From Tubiluchus corallicola (taxonomy: Eukaryota; Animalia; Priapulida), in the NCBI GenBank assembly GCA_030141605.1, contig JAQGDQ010000076.1:186001-250000 (forward strand): 64,000 bases of DNA, written 5' to 3'. A program made the position numbers and the translations under genes. Under the pieces are notes generated by a model that did not search any database, was not told the origin of the DNA, and saw nothing but the letters and a program-made list of their open reading frames with translations. The first letter of the stretch is position 1; the number at the start of each line of letters is the position of its first letter. Shown piece by piece: positions 50,192 through 64,000 of this stretch.

Positions 50192-51812
50192 TGTGTGTTT
50201 GTGGACTTGTAAACTATAATCTGTATTGTCTATATCCAAAAGGTTGCTACAGCCGCAGCCCGCACAATACGTACCTTAACTTTATGTAACGTTTAAAATT
50301 TGGCCTCTTACTTTATCATCGATATGGAACTTTCCCCACCTCATTGGAACACAAGGACTCATGCAATTATATAGCATCTGGGCGCATTTAATACTTTCCA
50401 GATCTTTTGTAAAGCTTTTATAAGTAATTTAGTGTAAACGCAAGTTTACTGAACACGATTTCTAAAAGTCGATCTTTCCGGCTAACAGCTTCATTCTTTT
50501 TTCATCGTTTAGCTGGTTTCCTTATAGTGGTTGAAGTCAACGCAACGTGTTTGCTTTTAATACAGATTCATGATTGAAATCTTCTGGATAAAGGACTGCA
50601 AACCGCCAGGATGTTCGTTCATTCTCTAAACCGGATCCTCTGTAAACTAACACGAAGTTTGCTCGTCTTAGAAAATTTGCTCAATTTAGGCGGGTTTATC
50701 TGCGGTGCCGGATTAAATGGATTCCATGCGCATTGAGTGGAGGAACGCATGACGTTAAACGAAACTAAGATGTGTTCACACATTTGTCAATTTTTAGTGA
50801 ATCTTGACCACATATTTAACAGCTTTTACACGAAACTGGTTCACACATAACTTGTTTTCACTTTTTCCCAGCTACGTGAAAGTTAAAAATTTTGCTTCTG
50901 TCACGTAAAGCATGGCTACATAATTTTAGAATAACTTTTTAAACGACTTTTGACATAGAGATTTAACTCACGCAGCCTCAAACTTCGTTGATCATGACTT
51001 TTGTTGCGGTTATCTTCTTCTTTGTAGCTCTTAAATTGTCTTGTTTTTTATCATTCATCTCATAGCGGCCATAGAGCTTTGTGTAAGAGGATTCTCTTGT
51101 ACGATATTTCCTTGTGCTGACAGCCTGGTGTGATCCTAAAATTTTTTGTTTGATTGTTAGTGTTTACTTATCGCTTTGTAAAATTATTTTTATGGGGATT
51201 CCCTTGGAGTTCGTTGAGTGAGGTGAATTCGCACTCCGCAGAACGGTGGTTTGATGATTTAAAAATTGACTAAAATACATTTTGAAGATAACTTAACCTA
51301 AAAAATTAAGAAAATGTGCGCACCGTATCCGCAAGCATAAAACCGGCCATATAACAACTTTATAAATCACCCTATATAACTATTTGTGGTACATGTATTA
51401 AATCAACAGGACACTTTCTTTTGAATTGATGGCAAGTGAACAGTTAACCGAACCATTACTCTTCTTCTCTCTGTTGTCTCTGAGTAACGCTAGTGATTGC
51501 ACGAGTTCAAAGAACATTAAATTTTGCCCTGTTTACCGAGTGACATTCCTGAATTACTTTTTATGGTATATCTGAAATTCTGAATTCGGTCCGGTTTTGC
51601 TTTGAATTCCGAAAAATCGATTTTTCAGTGACAAATCAAAGACTACGGAATTTGAAAGAATTGTGTTTGATTCTTACGAGAATCTTATATAAGTGGCAGA
51701 TTCTGTCTGATTTGAGGCGGTTTTCAAGAGGATTTTAATCGATTTGATGTTTATTGAAGACGAAGTTAATGAGATTCGTAATTATTTGTCTATTTATTGC
51801 GGCAGAGCAGAG

Positions 51813-52169
51813 AAACCACAAGTCAATAATGATGATAATTTATTGCCAGTAGATTTTTACTTCATAAATTCATTTTGATGAAGAGATTTTGTAAAAACCC
51901 GTGTAAGTTTTACCTTAGATTAAAGTCTCTTTCGATTGTAGTTGCACTTAAAATAAATTTCATGGTCCTGCTTAGGTCTGTAAACCACAAGTCAATAATG
52001 ATGATAATTTATTGCCTGTAGATTTTTACTTCATAAATTCATTTTGATGAAGAGATTGTCATAAATTCATTTTGATGAAGAGATTGTCAAAAGCCTGTGT
52101 AACTTTTTCGTTGGATTGAAGTCTCTTTCGATTTTAATTGCACTTAAAATAAGCGTTATGGTCTTGCTT
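51813..52169. repeat. ~170 bp two-copy tandem repeat with a nested 29-bp re-duplication
   Basis: aaaccacaagtcaataatgatgataatttattgcc… starts at 51813 and 51982. tcataaattcattttgatgaagagatt is doubled in copy 2. Confidence 0.9.
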
Positions 52170-53630
52170 GAAAATTTTCAAATTCTTGCAGAACTCTGGA
52201 AAAGTGAGTATTTTCTTCACGAATTTTTTCTGAAGCACCTGGCAATATTGTGGATCTATAGCGTCTACCAGGCAGATCCGCTCGATACTGTTTGGGACAG
52301 ATTTCGAGATCAAAACGCATCAAGTATAATTTGGCGTCCCATTTTTTCAAAAGTACTCGTTCCTTAAACCGTCACTGGTCCCTTTTTTTCCGACATACTC
52401 TTATTACAGTTACTTCACTTTTACAATTCTGCCTTTTTGTTTTTGTCTTGCATAGACGTTTTACAGATATTTTATACTTGAACTTATTCTCTCTGCCCTG
52501 AAGTGACGTATGCATCTAGTTTATAATAAATTCGTTTTACAAACTACTAGATTAGGTTTAATGCAACACTAGCCAGACACCAAGTGAAAAATGCGCTCGC
52601 TAATTAATAGCTTGTCTACGTGCGCGTGATCTTTCGAATCTCATTAATTATGCCAGTAAATCTGAGTTAAAAATCTAGGCTGTAAACTAAAACTGCGGTC
52701 ACCGTTTCACAATCGAAGAAATAGCGACGGCAATTTAGGAAACGTTTCCACATATCAGTAAAAACATATTCTACCCATGCATATCAATGGCAATGATGAT
52801 TTGCAACATGATTTGTCGTTGCATTGCCTACATAAACAATGTGAGCAGGTGTTAGATTAGCACTGGTGAACTAGCTGCATTTACACAATGTAAGTGCACG
52901 ATGTTAATGTCTGTGTAATAAAGATTTAAATCTAAATATTTGCGCATGATCTTACGAGTGAACCTCAAAGTCATGAATATTTGCATTTCGGATCATAGTA
53001 ATGTGTAGTAAAATGGCATTGTGGTTTAATCTTTAATATCCAGCAGTAGAATGTTTACTTTTTCGTATTTTCTGTAAATCCGCAGTTCATGAGAAACTGT
53101 ATCTCTTTTTTTGATAAATAGAAATTGACTAGAATTTTTTAAATGACTTAACTGAATCTATTTGTTAACGTACAAAAGTAACGGAATAAACCCTTAGCAC
53201 CTTAATTGTAACAACTAAGTTTACATGTAATTAATTATTAGCCAATTGAATCGTCTAGGGACTGTAATCTGAGCATTGATGTTATTAAGAGTAAAGCAAC
53301 ATCTTGAAACACTGGAAAAATGGGTGAACTATTAGATTGAACCAGAGCCAGTCTTGATCACAAGGGTTATGTTTGCAACCCAAAGTAGCTGGTTCAAATA
53401 CAAGTCTACTTCCGATAATCAATTTTTAACTTTTCCTATTTAACAAGTTTCCTTTTTAAATAATATAAAAATTTAGTTGTGTTTATTACGTCATTGTTTA
53501 GTGATACTGTGGCAAGATTTTCTGTAATTAATGTATATGTAATTGTTTTCGCTAAATACGAATTTTGTTTTTAAGGGCCAATGCCACTTTTATAGTTGAA
53601 TTGATAACGTTTCCTATTTATTTTCCGCAG

Positions 53631-53732
53631 ATGTCGCCGGACGCACTACGATGTCGAGAGCTTACCAGAAACCAGCGTTATCATTACTTTTCACAATGAA
53701 GCCCGCTCAACTTTGCTGAGAACTGTCGTTAG
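53631..53732 (+). CDS. GALNT2: GalNAc-T2 coding exon 3 ([34 protein letters not shown])
   Basis: ttccgcag| acceptor and AG|GTAAG donor. [20 protein letters not shown] motif. Confidence 0.97.
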
Positions 53733-56053
53733 GTAAGTGTGTAGTTGACGTTGCTTGGCGTCAGGTGCTGCTGGCGAGATCCAGCTACTCAAGTGGTAAT
53801 TGAATTGTTACAATAAAGCTGCTTTAGACCTGCCTAGGGACTGGGAAGATGGTCTGTGAGCTAACTAGTGAATTTTAAGGCCTTTGAGAGAGCAGCTCAG
53901 AATACGTTTACAGCTGACCATAAGAAACGTTTTATTACTGAGCATGCAGTTTTAGACCAGTCAAGAGTTAGCTTTCAAACACAATATTTAGGTGATGGCC
54001 GAGATTTCCTCCTGTTTTTTTAACAACGAGGCTACCAGTCACTGCTCGATTTAACAATTCAAAAGCTTTTCTTCAACTGACAAACTGAACACCTCACTTT
54101 TCGCTACCAGAAATTTAATTGTAATTTTGTGCACCTCTTGTTAAGTTACTTTATAAGTTTCATATCAGTTTGAAAGCAGTTTAGTTTTGAGTTTTTTGCT
54201 ATATTAAATCAATCTCTGTTAAATAATTGTCTTGTTGTTTTGTGGAACTGATTAGTGAATGAATTTGCTCATCATCTTTGTTTGTATATCGATCACCGAT
54301 CACTTATCGGTTCAGGGTATCATTCTTTACTAATCACACAATTGTACCAGCACTATAAATTAATAGGAACGCACGTTATAAAATATAAACAGGCACCTTT
54401 TTTCCAAAATTTATTTTAAAAATCATTTCGCTTTTCTTAAATAAACTGAAGTAATTCACTTTTTAATCAGAGATAAAAATACTATTTGCTGCAACATAGT
54501 GCAAATTTTTAACATCCCAAATAAGTTATTCTTTGACATCTTATTTCTGGTACAGGTGCTATTTTTAAATGTAATTTCTGTGTAAATGTCAGCACCGCAG
54601 CGCACGCATGTCTAAAGTAACGTCAGTTTTATCCCTTAATTGTGTTATTCCTGCCCATTAGCTCTTATTCCAAGCCTGAAGCCATATGGAAGCGAGCTGT
54701 CTGTTTTAATATTTGCTGGGAACTGTAGTGTTGGGGCTGTATTGCAGCTTTGTAATGCATCGCCAACATTACAGTTCCTAGCAAATATTGTGTGTAACTC
54801 CAACCCTTTCACTGAGACTAATCAATAATGGCTAATTAATAGCACACATTTCAAACAAATATGCGATCAAATTAAAGCTGGAATATTTGACAGTTGGCTT
54901 GAACAAGTTAAACCTCTGGCGGTTTTAATAAACAAGCTTTTGCAAATCAACGTTGAGTGAACCCTGTGACAGCTAGCTTAATTTTATCTTAGGGTTCTCA
55001 TTTAAAATTATATTTAATTTAAATGTATCCATTCATACTTCATTTTAAAGCTGTTTTTAATGTCCACTTTTATAGTTTTTGCACAAGTATATACTAAAAA
55101 CATCACCATTCAAGTCTACTAACTTTTTTATGGCATTAACGCATAAATTGCTAATCAATAATTAATAGATGAATTTAGTAATGTTGAAAATTATAAATTA
55201 TTGTACTTGCCATTAGTTTAGATCAAAAATACTGCTCATTACTGATAAAATATTTAATATTTCTGACAATCAGCTGACAATTATTATCTCTATAAAGGAA
55301 ATTTTATGGATTATAGAAGCCAAGTATTTTTATTTCTTTAGGATGTCTCAACTATATGAACTTTTAAATTATTTCACAATTTTTTGAGAGCATAATTATA
55401 GCATAAATTGTTATGTTTTTTATAATTTTTTCGCTTTGATTGAAAAAGTTAAACTTTTTTCCTTTACTGTGTATAGCTTGAGCTAACTTATATTGCAATT
55501 CTTATCATTTGTTGTATTTTGCACATTTATTGCACCGTATAAGAGTACAAATAAATGTTATAAATAAATAAATTATTATTATGATATTATTATTTAATTG
55601 TATTAATTTAATATCATTAATTAATTTTTCTAGTTTCTTTGCACACTTTGGCACTCTGCAAACTAGAACCCAGCATTCAATGGTAGAGTCTACTTAATAT
55701 GCTGGTTGTGACAGGACCAGAACTTTGCTCATTATCAAATCTCAAAACTAAAATTTTCTCTAAGATGAGACACGGAATTGACCACAGTGTCTCAGCTATA
55801 TTGTTCTGGTTTTGCACAGCTCTCACTTTTGATTGCCATTTCACTAGCTTACCACTCCAGTGTACCACTCAGGAGTGTAAAAATTACATTAGCATAAAAG
55901 ATTGCTGTGTAATGCATCCATTTTGTATGACTATGGCAGAATAGACGTGATTAGCTGCATCGTTTCGTGATTTTCAACACAAAAGCTGCTACATGGAAGC
56001 TATTAGAGTGTCGGATTTCCAATAAAATCCACTTCTTTTTCGTTCATTTTCAG

Positions 56054-56121
56054 CGTTCTCAATCGAAGCCCTGCTCAACTCATCAAAGAAATCATTCTCG
56101 TAGACGATTTCAGTGATGACC
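56054..56121 (+). CDS. GALNT2: GalNAc-T2 coding exon 4 (VLNRSPAQLIKEIILVDDFSDD)
   Basis: ttttcag| acceptor and C|GTAAG donor. EIILVDD.S motif. Confidence 0.97.
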
Positions 56122-56909
56122 GTAAGTGATTTTGGAAACATGCATTTGACTTATGTCACTTGTAACTATTAACTTTATGCTTTTAAAAGCTTGAATCTTC
56201 ACATAATTTCAGTTTTATTATCAGTTTTTTTGTAAGTCAGTTTTTTCTTAGTTTGCTTTTTTTAGTTGTTGCTCAAGTTCAAATTGTTTTTTTCTTTATT
56301 TATTTGTTCGTCTTCTTAACAATATGTCTGGAGCAGAAGTGTATTTTCTATGAAGTTGCCTATTGTTGTTAAGTTATAAGCATATAACATCCTACTCTTA
56401 ACATAAAATCTTTTATGTGCCACCATAAACACCACATTGCACCTCGTAAACACTACCACAGCATGTGCCTCATCACATCACTAACCCTAGCATGCAGCAG
56501 TGCACGACTGTTTACTATGAAAGCACCACGTCTTCCACTGATTTCAGTGAGACAGTGTATTAATTTTTAATATAAGCTTAACATGTTAAAAAGACACTTA
56601 GTATAAATGATTTGCACCATATGTTTCTGATTTGATATAATGGTGAAAGAAGCACCATACTATAGCTTACTGATTTACAGCGCTTTGTTTAATAATTAAA
56701 TTCATATTGGAAGAAATTCATATAGAAAATTCATATTTTCTAGTGGTAGTATCCTTACCCAAATTCCCCAGATATTCCACACTAGCCCCAACCGCTTCAG
56801 CTTTACGTAAGTAGAACTTTTTATGATTAACATAAAAATAATAACCTATGAAGTGTTACATATGGGTCAAACATCAATGATACCCTGTTTCATATTTATT
56901 TCATTTTAG

Positions 56910-57097
56910 CCTCAGATGGTAAGGAATTAGCAAAGATCCAGAAGATCCGAGTACTGCGCAATGAACGTCGTGAAGGATTGATGAGATCACGCGTAAAAGG
57001 GGCCGATGTAGCCACTGCCCCCGTTCTTACCTTCCTGGACAGTCATTGTGAATGCAACAAAGGCTGGCTAGAGCCTCTTCTTGCTAAAGTGGCCGAG
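56910..57097 (+). CDS. GALNT2: GalNAc-T2 coding exon 5 (…[47 protein letters not shown])
   Basis: ttttag| acceptor and GAG|GTACC donor. Contains the Mn-binding DXH motif (LDSHCE). Confidence 0.97.
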
Positions 57098-57365
57098 GTA
57101 CCGAAATTGCTGCTGTTGTTTTGATAAATAATTTAGGAGTTGTTGTAAAATTACATATCCCATTCCGTGAGTCTATGTAATTATATTTAGAGATCTTCAG
57201 TTTGTTAGCACTTCAACAGAGTTCAGAGAATACCAACATCAGTCTTCCATTACAATACTTTGTATAGCCAACTACAAGCAATCTTAGCAGTAGCTGATAT
57301 TTGATAATATGTCCATTTGATTAGTTTTGTTCTGGAATGAGCAATTAACGTTTTTGGTTTTGCAG

Positions 57366-57453
57366 AACTACACACGTGTTGTTTGTCCAATCATAGACGT
57401 GATAAACATGGACAGTTTTAATTATGTTGGTGCTTCGGCCGATCTTAGAGGAG
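57366..57453 (+). CDS. GALNT2: GalNAc-T2 coding exon 6 ([29 protein letters not shown])
   Basis: tttgcag| acceptor and G|GTTAG donor. [17 protein letters not shown] motif. Confidence 0.97.
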
Positions 57454-58567
57454 GTTAGTGATTCTCTGTGTTACAGGTTTTACAAATATAGTACAAATTG
57501 CAACTATATGGAAATTGTTATGGCATATTTGCTTTAATTGTTCAGCTCTTAGGAATACCTACTTGGTAGGTGCAAGTAGTGGCACAGTGCCATGCTTGGC
57601 TAACTGTCTGAAAATAGGTCAGTGGCTGCAATCTCAGAGGCAGTGATTTCCTATTAACTTAAGCACTGAATCACTTAAGTTACTTCTTTACTTAGCCTAT
57701 AGAACACCCAAATATGGCATACAAGCTCTAAAAACATAGCTTTTCCTAAATGTTTAAAGCCTTATTTTTTGCATAGAGATAACTGAATTTTTCTGGTAAT
57801 AATTTTTCTAAGTTAATGGTAAATTACTGTAAGTTTGAGTTCTGCTGAATGGAAATTTAACGATAAGAGTTAAACCGAGAAAATTTCCATTTTCTGAGGA
57901 TCAATGCAGCGGTCATCTTAATGTGTGCCAAGGTTATTCTGTTTCAGTGGCATGTCAAGCTCATGAATGAAATCCATTACTAGATTGAAAAACAAAATTA
58001 AAAATAAAGGCTTACAAGTTCTCTAAAAAGGATATAAATTTTAAATAATAAGCAAACAAGCATCAGAATAAATTAAATGGTAACACTAAGCAAAAGCTAG
58101 TAAAAGGTACAATCAATGAGAACAAGTTAAATAATATTTTTTTTCAAGACAGTGGTTACATTTGGCTATTTTTGTGTGTGATGTATATATGCATTTGGGT
58201 TATTTGTCTATTAATTTATTATCATGCTTGTTTTTTTGTTTAGTATTTCAAGATTTTTTTTGGAAGAATACGTGCAGTCTTACTTATAACTTTGACTCTT
58301 CAATCTGATGATGGGTTTTGTTGATACCATACCAGTAACATATCACCATTTTTTTCAGAATAGTTGACGATTGCTTCTTTTGTTTGGGTGGCACTTTTTC
58401 TCCAATACATCTAGTTTCTGCTTTTACATGGCTAGCATTGGTGTGGCTGGAACTCTGTGACTGTTGTCTTATTCTGCTCAATCATACTATTATTGCCACA
58501 CTTTTATCATATCTATATTATTGTTTTTGAAATGAATCATTATTAATACATGAAATCTTGCTTTAAG

Positions 58568-58655
58568 GTTTTGATTGGAACTTGGTGTTCAAATGGGACT
58601 ATATGACAGCCGAACAGAGAAGTAAAAGACGAAACAACCCTATCTCTCCCATAAA
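58568..58655 (+). CDS. GALNT2: GalNAc-T2 coding exon 7 ([30 protein letters not shown])
   Basis: Less common AAG| acceptor (ctttaag) and AA|GTGAG donor. [13 protein letters not shown] motif. Confidence 0.96.
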
Positions 58656-58771
58656 GTGAGTTTTTGGACCTGTGCTACTTTTTGTTGATTTGTGTGTTAC
58701 ATTTGAAACAAATTCACAACTGACGTAATCTTTCCTGTGCTTGAACTTGTAGAACCATGTTTGTTTTTCAG

Positions 58772-58875
58772 GACGCCAATGATTGCTGGAGGACTTTTCA
58801 CGATAAATAAAGCTTACTTTGAAAAACTGGGAAAGTACGACATGATGATGGATGTTTGGGGTGGAGAAAACTTAG
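58772..58875 (+). CDS. GALNT2: GalNAc-T2 coding exon 8 ([34 protein letters not shown])
   Basis: ttttcag| acceptor and G|GTGAT donor. Gal/GalNAc-T motif WGGEN. Confidence 0.97.
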
Positions 58876-59257
58876 GTGATTTTTCTCTTCATTAACTACT
58901 GTAATAGCTTTGATAGCTTTTACATGCTACTGGTCTAACCTTTCTTGACACCCTGTATATTTTTGGTTTTTGACTATTACCCCAACTGCTTATCTGTACC
59001 ATAATCAAACGCATAAGGATTTCTTCTATACGGTATCATTTGTAATGTGGGCAATGTTTTTGGGCTTTCTAACGCCAGTTGTATTATTTAATTATATGAT
59101 TAAAAATTGATACTCAGGATTAAATTTTTGTTCTGTTGTTCCTTATATAGTGCAATGTCACACTGGGTTTTACTTTGAAATTATTTCATTCATTAGATTT
59201 TTCTGAATGTGTTTACCTTTTCCTGTGTTTACCTTTTGCATTTAATAGCTATACTAA

Positions 59258-59470
<213 letters not shown>

Positions 59471-59892
59471 TAATGTTTAGCTAATGTTTAAAATTCTTAT
59501 TGACCAGGTCTTTTTAGACTTCGGAGAAAACTCACTTGATGAATTGATGATCTGTTGTGACCCAGTTTCTTGTCGTTGTTAACATGTTTCATTATCATGA
59601 AATAAGTTAGTATTTTACAATCTTTTAGTACTTTTTCAATGTTTTAGCGATTACAAGTCAAAATAAATTTCCAGAACTTTGTTCTTTAAACTTGGCAGTC
59701 TGTAACTGTAAAAACTATGCATATCAATGCTGTTAACAATTAAAACATCCTGATTTAAAAATCAAATAGTGTAACTGATGAATCGATACATTTTCCTAGT
59801 TATGTCAGGCTTATAAAAGAGAATGGAATTTTCTGTCTCATCAACACCAGGTTTTAGTGGTCTTCTTTGAATGGCGTCTTTTACAATTATAG

Positions 59893-59985
59893 AAACACTC
59901 GCCGAGCAGCCGAAGTTTGGATGGATGACTATAAACAGTATTATTACTCTGCTGTGCCTTCAGCTAGGAACGTGCCATATGGAAA
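59893..59985 (+). CDS. GALNT2: GalNAc-T2 coding exon 10 ([31 protein letters not shown])
   Basis: ttatag| acceptor and AA|GTAAG donor. RAAEVWMD motif. Confidence 0.97.
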
Positions 59986-61602
59986 GTAAGTTGTAGGAAT
60001 GTTTGCAGTAAAAGTATATCAAAACTGGAAAAATTTACCAGAGACCTACATTATGTTAATTCAAGGCCAGTTAGGCATTTTGGTCATTCAGCATTTTCCA
60101 CAAACCTTCAAGATTATTCTTATTAATGCAATCTGAACTTGTTAGAATGTCAAAAATATTATTTTGGTAATTTTGTTGCTATTTGAATGTCACTGTAAAA
60201 GTAAGACTTTATATTATGTATCGTGAACGTGTCTTTAGAGCAGTTGATTTGACCGTCATCTCTTGGATGTTATAAGTTATTGTGTCATGAAAGAAATAAT
60301 TACTGCTGCCAGCATTAGGGTTTCACTATTGCCATCCTTGTGCTTTTGTGTTGAGCAGATTAATGAAGCCAGCAAGTGCTGTTAATTTCACAAAGTTGTT
60401 GGGTTTCTCCTGCAAATGACAATTTGACATTCACTGCAATAGTTTCATGTTTCTCTCTAAGCAATGCGAGAGCAGTGGGGTATCTGATATCACCTTCTGG
60501 GCAGCATTTTCTGGTAATGCGAGAAAACATCTCGCAATATTCTCATCACTTGCTTGTTGAGCAAAGACCGGTGCTCAGCAATTAATTTAAACATAACAAG
60601 CTTCGTACAGTAACACTCGCCTATTGTTCAACCTAACAACTAACAACATTTATGATGTGTTGTTACTTTGCTTCATTTTTTTTCAATATTTCTGCTAAAA
60701 ATCTTGCTTGATCGCACTCAGAATAATTATTTCAAGGTTCCTCCCTCTATATTGATCGTCTTTAATTCATCTTAGTAGATATGATGATTAGATGGGCATT
60801 TGTGGAAACTTTATTATGTTTATTAGTATGGATCGCATACCAATGTGACTGAATTTATGCCAATTGTCATGATATATATGGGCATTATCGATCTGCTGCT
60901 TTGCAGTCGTAGGTAGGAAAACGCCCCATTCTGACTAGCAGTCATTTGGCCAAGAAAGAATCTTCTGAAAATGTCACATGGTGGCAGTTAGTGCTGGTAA
61001 TATACTAGAGATTACTTGAGTTAATTTGAGTAGAACAGAGTTATTTGGAATTTCAATGGCTTCAGTAAGTTATAACTTACAATCTGTGATAAAATTGCTT
61101 TTTGCTTTTATCTATTTGATGGGGAAGCATCAAGAGCTTCCAAGACAGTTTGCCATGGACTAATAGCTTTTCTGCATTCTTAGGCTTTAAGTTATGATAT
61201 GAATTGATATTGATATGATATTACAAATTATGATAAATGAAATTTTTAATTTTAGATTTTTTTAATTGTGTAAAACTAGCTGACTGAAATTTCGTTGTCT
61301 GTTGTAGCTTTTATGATTCTTTTTGTAAAAATGTGTCAGTTTTAATTTTTTTTGTTTTGTTAACAATTTGCTATCTGAGTATTCCCTGATACAGTAAAAT
61401 TTGAGGATATTACTATTCATCCTCAAATGCAATGATTACACTGCATTGATATCACAATTTATCAAGTCACTGTTGAATTAATAGAAGCTAATGAGCCTTT
61501 AAGTGCACTTAAGTTCAGTAATAAAGGGACTGCGTATTCAACAAGGAAGAAGGTTCCTATAATTCGTTTACTGGTTTTTAAAAATGTTGTTGTTTTTTTC
61601 AG

Positions 61603-61686
61603 TATAAAAAATCGGTTAGAACTACGAGAGTCTTTACATTGCAAACCGTTTAAGTGGTACTTAGAAAATGTTTACCCGGAATTGAA
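61603..61686 (+). CDS. GALNT2: GalNAc-T2 coding exon 11 ([28 protein letters not shown])
   Basis: ttttcag| acceptor and AA|GTAAG donor. [15 protein letters not shown] motif. Confidence 0.97.
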
Positions 61687-61811
61687 GTAAGTTTGTTTAT
61701 CAGTAATTATGTAATACATGGTCTTTGTTTTTGTTTTGCATGACAGTTTTGAAAGGACTGGAACATAGCTAATTGTTAAAGATGGGCATCTAAGGTGAGA
61801 TTCTGAACTGG

Positions 61812-61910
61812 CAGAGGTGTCATGGTGGTCACCCATCCACTCACTAAGCAGGCTCGTCAGTGCTAACTTTGGCTGCTGAGTTTTCATTCACTGGAGTGTT
61901 TGGCCATGTG
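61812..61910 (-). pseudogene. 5S rRNA-derived sequence (pseudogene or SINE3-like head)
   Basis: Reverse complement …atggccaaacac…aaagttagcactgacgagcctgcttagtgagtggatgggtgaccacc aligns by eye with 5S ACGGCCATACCAC…GAAGCTAAGCAGGGTCGGGCCTGGTTAGTACTTGGATGGGAGACCGCC. Confidence 0.7.
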
Positions 61911-63821
61911 TGCATTGTCTTGAAACATTGGCAAAATAAAACCGAATATTTTTGAATTCGTTTCTGTAGACATGCTCAGTTAGAACGACCACAAAATCAA
62001 CTTTAAAATGTTCAATTAGAACAACCAAAAAAAATCAACCTAAAATTTATTTTGCTGTTTTCGGGTGCTTTTAATCATAGTGCAGATAGTAGACAATTAG
62101 AACCTGTTAGTATCTGATGTGGGGTTAACGTAACATCCATGCTGATTAGTAATTCATAAAAGTGAGGTACTTAAATATTTATGCACTGTTCAACCAAATC
62201 TTTCCCAGATTTTGTTTCACTTTATTTTGGTATTTGCTTACAATAATTTGCATGTAATCAGCATTTCCTGTGGTCGCAATTACCACAAGCTCATCATTGT
62301 GCTTGACAAAAAATTTCACCTACTTTTGACAGCAAATGAGGTGGATAAAAAAATAGAGATTATCTAATAAATGTTGGCACTAGCAGCTTACATGCATTGC
62401 ACTTAGTCGTGATATATAATTGCTACTGACACATTATTGTTTGCAAATGTACTTCCAGGGCAGAGTAACTGTCCTCTTGGTTTATTGAATTAGTTCATCG
62501 GTCTGGTAGAGCTTTGGTAATAAGCTTCATTAGGGCTTCGTGCATTAAGGCACTGAGCTCTTGTTGATCTTAAGCTTGAGCATTTGTCAGAGAAAAGAGT
62601 GGCATTGTGACATTAGCATAACACTTGAGTGTGTCCAAGATCACTGTGAGGTCAAACACACTGGTGCAATTTGGGCTGTCAGTTTACTAATTCTCTTTTT
62701 ATTGCTTTATTGCTAGTTGTTGATTTTTTTATATTGATACGTTTGTGGCTTAACATGAATAGAACATGTTGAAGTCTTCAAAATTTGAACACCTCAACAA
62801 TTTTTTGGTTTTGCAAAACAAAAAATGAAATAAGCATTCAAGATGGAAAGCCAAGCCACTGCTATACTGATAGTAAAAGTCTAGAATGTTTCAAAACAAA
62901 CCATCACATTGTAAGCCAGAGTTTTCCTAAAGAAAAGTAAGAGGTGAGATTCAAAACCCTCAATTGATGATTAGTGTGCGCAGTAAAAAAACGAGCAGAT
63001 TTTATGAAACGAAGCAGGGCTTATTTTTTAGTTTTAGTTGTATTTCAATTTCTTGCAAGACATTTTGAATACCATAATAAAATAAAATATAATGAAATAG
63101 AAATTAGTCAAAAAGTAGCAGAAAGTTACTGAAACTTCAGCATGCAAACCAGTAGACTGTAGAATCTTCTAGGCCTATTTTGGAGTAGGATGAGAAATGC
63201 AAGTGGAATTAAAGCTAAATGATGCAGTACTTTTGGCAAAAACACATAAAAATGTCTAATTTTTATTGTCAATGTAATAAACTGAAAACCAGGGCAATAT
63301 CCAATCTACTGATTACTGATTTACCACATTTGTTTCAATAATACATGCTCTTGTCCTTGCCAAGAAATATGCAGCTGAGAGAGTGATTTAGAAATATTTG
63401 AATAGAAGTAATGACTAAACTTTTAAATTTGAATTTGTCGCAGATTTCATGCATGTTTACTTGAAGATTTCATTTATTTAACCCTGTTGTGGTTTATTTC
63501 TTGATAAGGACAAGAGCTCAAATCGTTGGAATGGAATCAGTAACATGCAATAACAAGCAAAAAGTGTATTGCACAGACTCCTAAATATTTAGTAGTTAGT
63601 ATAACAGTTAATTTATAGCTAAACTTACATGCATTCACTTATAATTAAAAATGTAGAAAATTAGTGTTTAGGTTCTATATATTAGTTTTAGTGTTTATTG
63701 ATGCTTTAATTGATATGTTGGTATGTACAGAGAAGTAAAGATGAATTTTCGTTGTAAGAATTTATAGCTGACGAGATTTTTCAACATATTTTTTAGCCTT
63801 TTTGCAATGTTTATTTTTCAG

Positions 63822-63948
63822 AGTTCCAGATAAACAAGATATTGCATTTGGTTCGATTCACCAAGGTCACTTGTGCATGGATACCCTGGGTCATCTATCA
63901 GGGCAAAGTATAGGCTTATATAGCTGTCACCATGCTGGTGGTAATCAG
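63822..63948 (+). CDS. GALNT2: GalNAc-T2 coding exon 12, start of ricin-type lectin domain ([42 protein letters not shown]); gene continues beyond window
   Basis: ttttcag| acceptor and CAG|GTAAG donor. C.D...G.Y.CH..GGNQ lectin alpha repeat. Confidence 0.96.
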
Positions 63949-64000
63949 GTAAGTGTCTGAATATATTGAATAACCACTTTTGAAATAACGAGTCCATTAT

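Noticed and set aside
53345-53410. Second tRNA-like remnant (ggttcaaatac B-box-like)
   Set aside because: Too degenerate to support a call.
58561-58568. Non-canonical or U12-type intron at GALNT2 exon 7
   Set aside because: It is still GT-AG with an AAG acceptor, and the upstream donor lacks the U12 ATCCTT consensus.

Overview
This is AT-rich eukaryotic genomic DNA from an invertebrate animal, not prokaryotic sequence. Two spliced protein-coding genes on the + strand can be rebuilt exon by exon with canonical GT-AG sites and consistent phases. The first is a complete alpha-SNAP/NAPA-like gene (8 coding exons, 9151..17025, 888 nt = 295 aa + stop, ending in DLR). The second is a polypeptide GalNAc-transferase 2 (GALNT2/pgant2)-like gene, with 12 coding exons (474 codons) from 18924 to 63948 that continue past the window end. 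The most notable feature is a head-to-tail ~0.88 kb duplication of the GALNT2 promoter and first exon. It leaves two intact, splice-competent exons encoding the cytoplasmic tail and signal anchor, ahead of a ~27 kb first intron. The rest is intronic or intergenic and holds decayed mobile elements: an RTE-type LINE, a Penelope fragment, pogo- and hAT-like MITEs, a solo LTR, 5S- and tRNA-derived SINE-like sequences, and a short TSD-flanked retro-insertion. There are also microsatellites and local tandem duplications. Several minus-strand exon-like segments (upstream of NAPA and inside GALNT2 intron 1) hint at unannotated divergent or nested transcripts, but these are speculative. I found no convincing wholly new biological system.
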